A model generated the notes under the pieces. It saw nothing but the letters and a program-made list of their open reading frames with translations, did no database searches and was not told the origin of the DNA. Shown here one piece after another: positions 63,475 to 64,000 of a stretch of DNA of 64,000 bases. The stretch lies in the NCBI GenBank assembly GCA_965215005.1, contig CBDCCZ010000038.1, positions 132,458 through 196,457 on the forward strand, read 5' to 3'. Each line of letters starts with the position of its first letter. Position 1 is the first letter of the stretch. The position numbers were made by a program, and so were the translations under genes. This DNA comes from Kofleriaceae bacterium. Lineage in GTDB: Bacteria; Myxococcota_A; Polyangia; Haliangiales; Haliangiaceae.

Positions 63475-64000
63475 ATGAGCGAGTGGAAAACTCGAATAAC
63501 GAAGGTCCACCCTGTCAAGGCAAGGGCGGAAGGGGGGGAGGCCTGCTTGGTGCTCATCTACCCCCCGGGCCCAGACATGGGCAAGCGCTTTCCGTTGGAC
63601 CGCGATGAGATCGTCTTGGGGCGCGGCAGTGATTGCGACGTCCAGATCGACCGCGACTCGGTGTCGCGCAAGCACGCGCGGGTGTTTCGCAGCGGTGAGC
63701 AGTGGGTGGTGGAAGACCTGCAATCGACCAACGGCTCGTATGTAAACGACATGCCGGTGCATCGGCATCCGCTCATCGACTCGGACTTTCTCAAGATAGG
63801 CGCTGCCATATTCAAGTTTCTCAGCGGCAGCGGCATCGAGACCAGCTATCACGAAGAGATCTATCGCATGACCATCATGGATGGTCTCACCGGTGCGCAT
63901 AACAAGCGCTACTTCCTCGAGTTTCTCGAGCGTGAGATTGCCCGCTGCTCACGGTATGAGCGGCCGCTCTCGCTGCTCATGTTCGATATCGATCACTTCA
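63475..64000 (+). CDS. FHA plus GGDEF diguanylate cyclase, N-terminal part (runs off window end)
   Basis: Manual translation: ..LGRGSDC..VSRKHA..STNGSYVN (FHA), then DGLTGAHNKRYF..LSLLMFDIDHF (GGDEF N-terminus). Confidence 0.9.
   Translation, partial: MSEWKTRITKVHPVKARAEGGEACLVLIYPPGPDMGKRFPLDRDEIVLGRGSDCDVQIDRDSVSRKHARVFRSGEQWVVEDLQSTNGSYVNDMPVHRHPLIDSDFLKIGAAIFKFLSGSGIETSYHEEIYRMTIMDGLTGAHNKRYFLEFLEREIARCSRYERPLSLLMFDIDHF

Overview
High-GC chromosomal segment from a myxobacterium-like genome (Myxococcota-type gene content; taxonomy inferred, not verified). It holds about 45 mostly housekeeping and envelope genes: (1) a type I secretion ABC/HlyD pair divergent from a small wHTH regulator; (2) a cobalamin cluster with btuFDC divergent from a class II ribonucleotide reductase (tandem NrdR boxes), then a cobalamin riboswitch driving a BtuB-like receptor and a beta-propeller lipoprotein; (3) ftsE-ftsX-M23 peptidase-ctpA, FHA and TSP3/OmpA proteins; (4) psuG, comM/yifB, a heme-c/copper monooxygenase, recA, an RRM protein and a large hybrid kinase; (5) a frameshifted TonB-domain receptor and amino-acid symporter, IHF, PBP1A, an ECF sigma factor, glpK and an FHA-GGDEF protein. 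No rRNA, tRNA, CRISPR or transposase was recognised. The strongest hidden signal is non-coding. comM (28044) and recA (37792), about 10 kb apart, share the same promoter architecture: three GTCCG-N5/6-CGGAC-type palindromes at 20-21 bp period, an IHF-consensus site, then a sigma54 -24/-12 element. In both, the first palindrome starts 87 bp before the -24 GG and the IHF site ends 5 bp before it. This suggests a sigma54/enhancer-controlled recombination or competence regulon rather than canonical LexA control.
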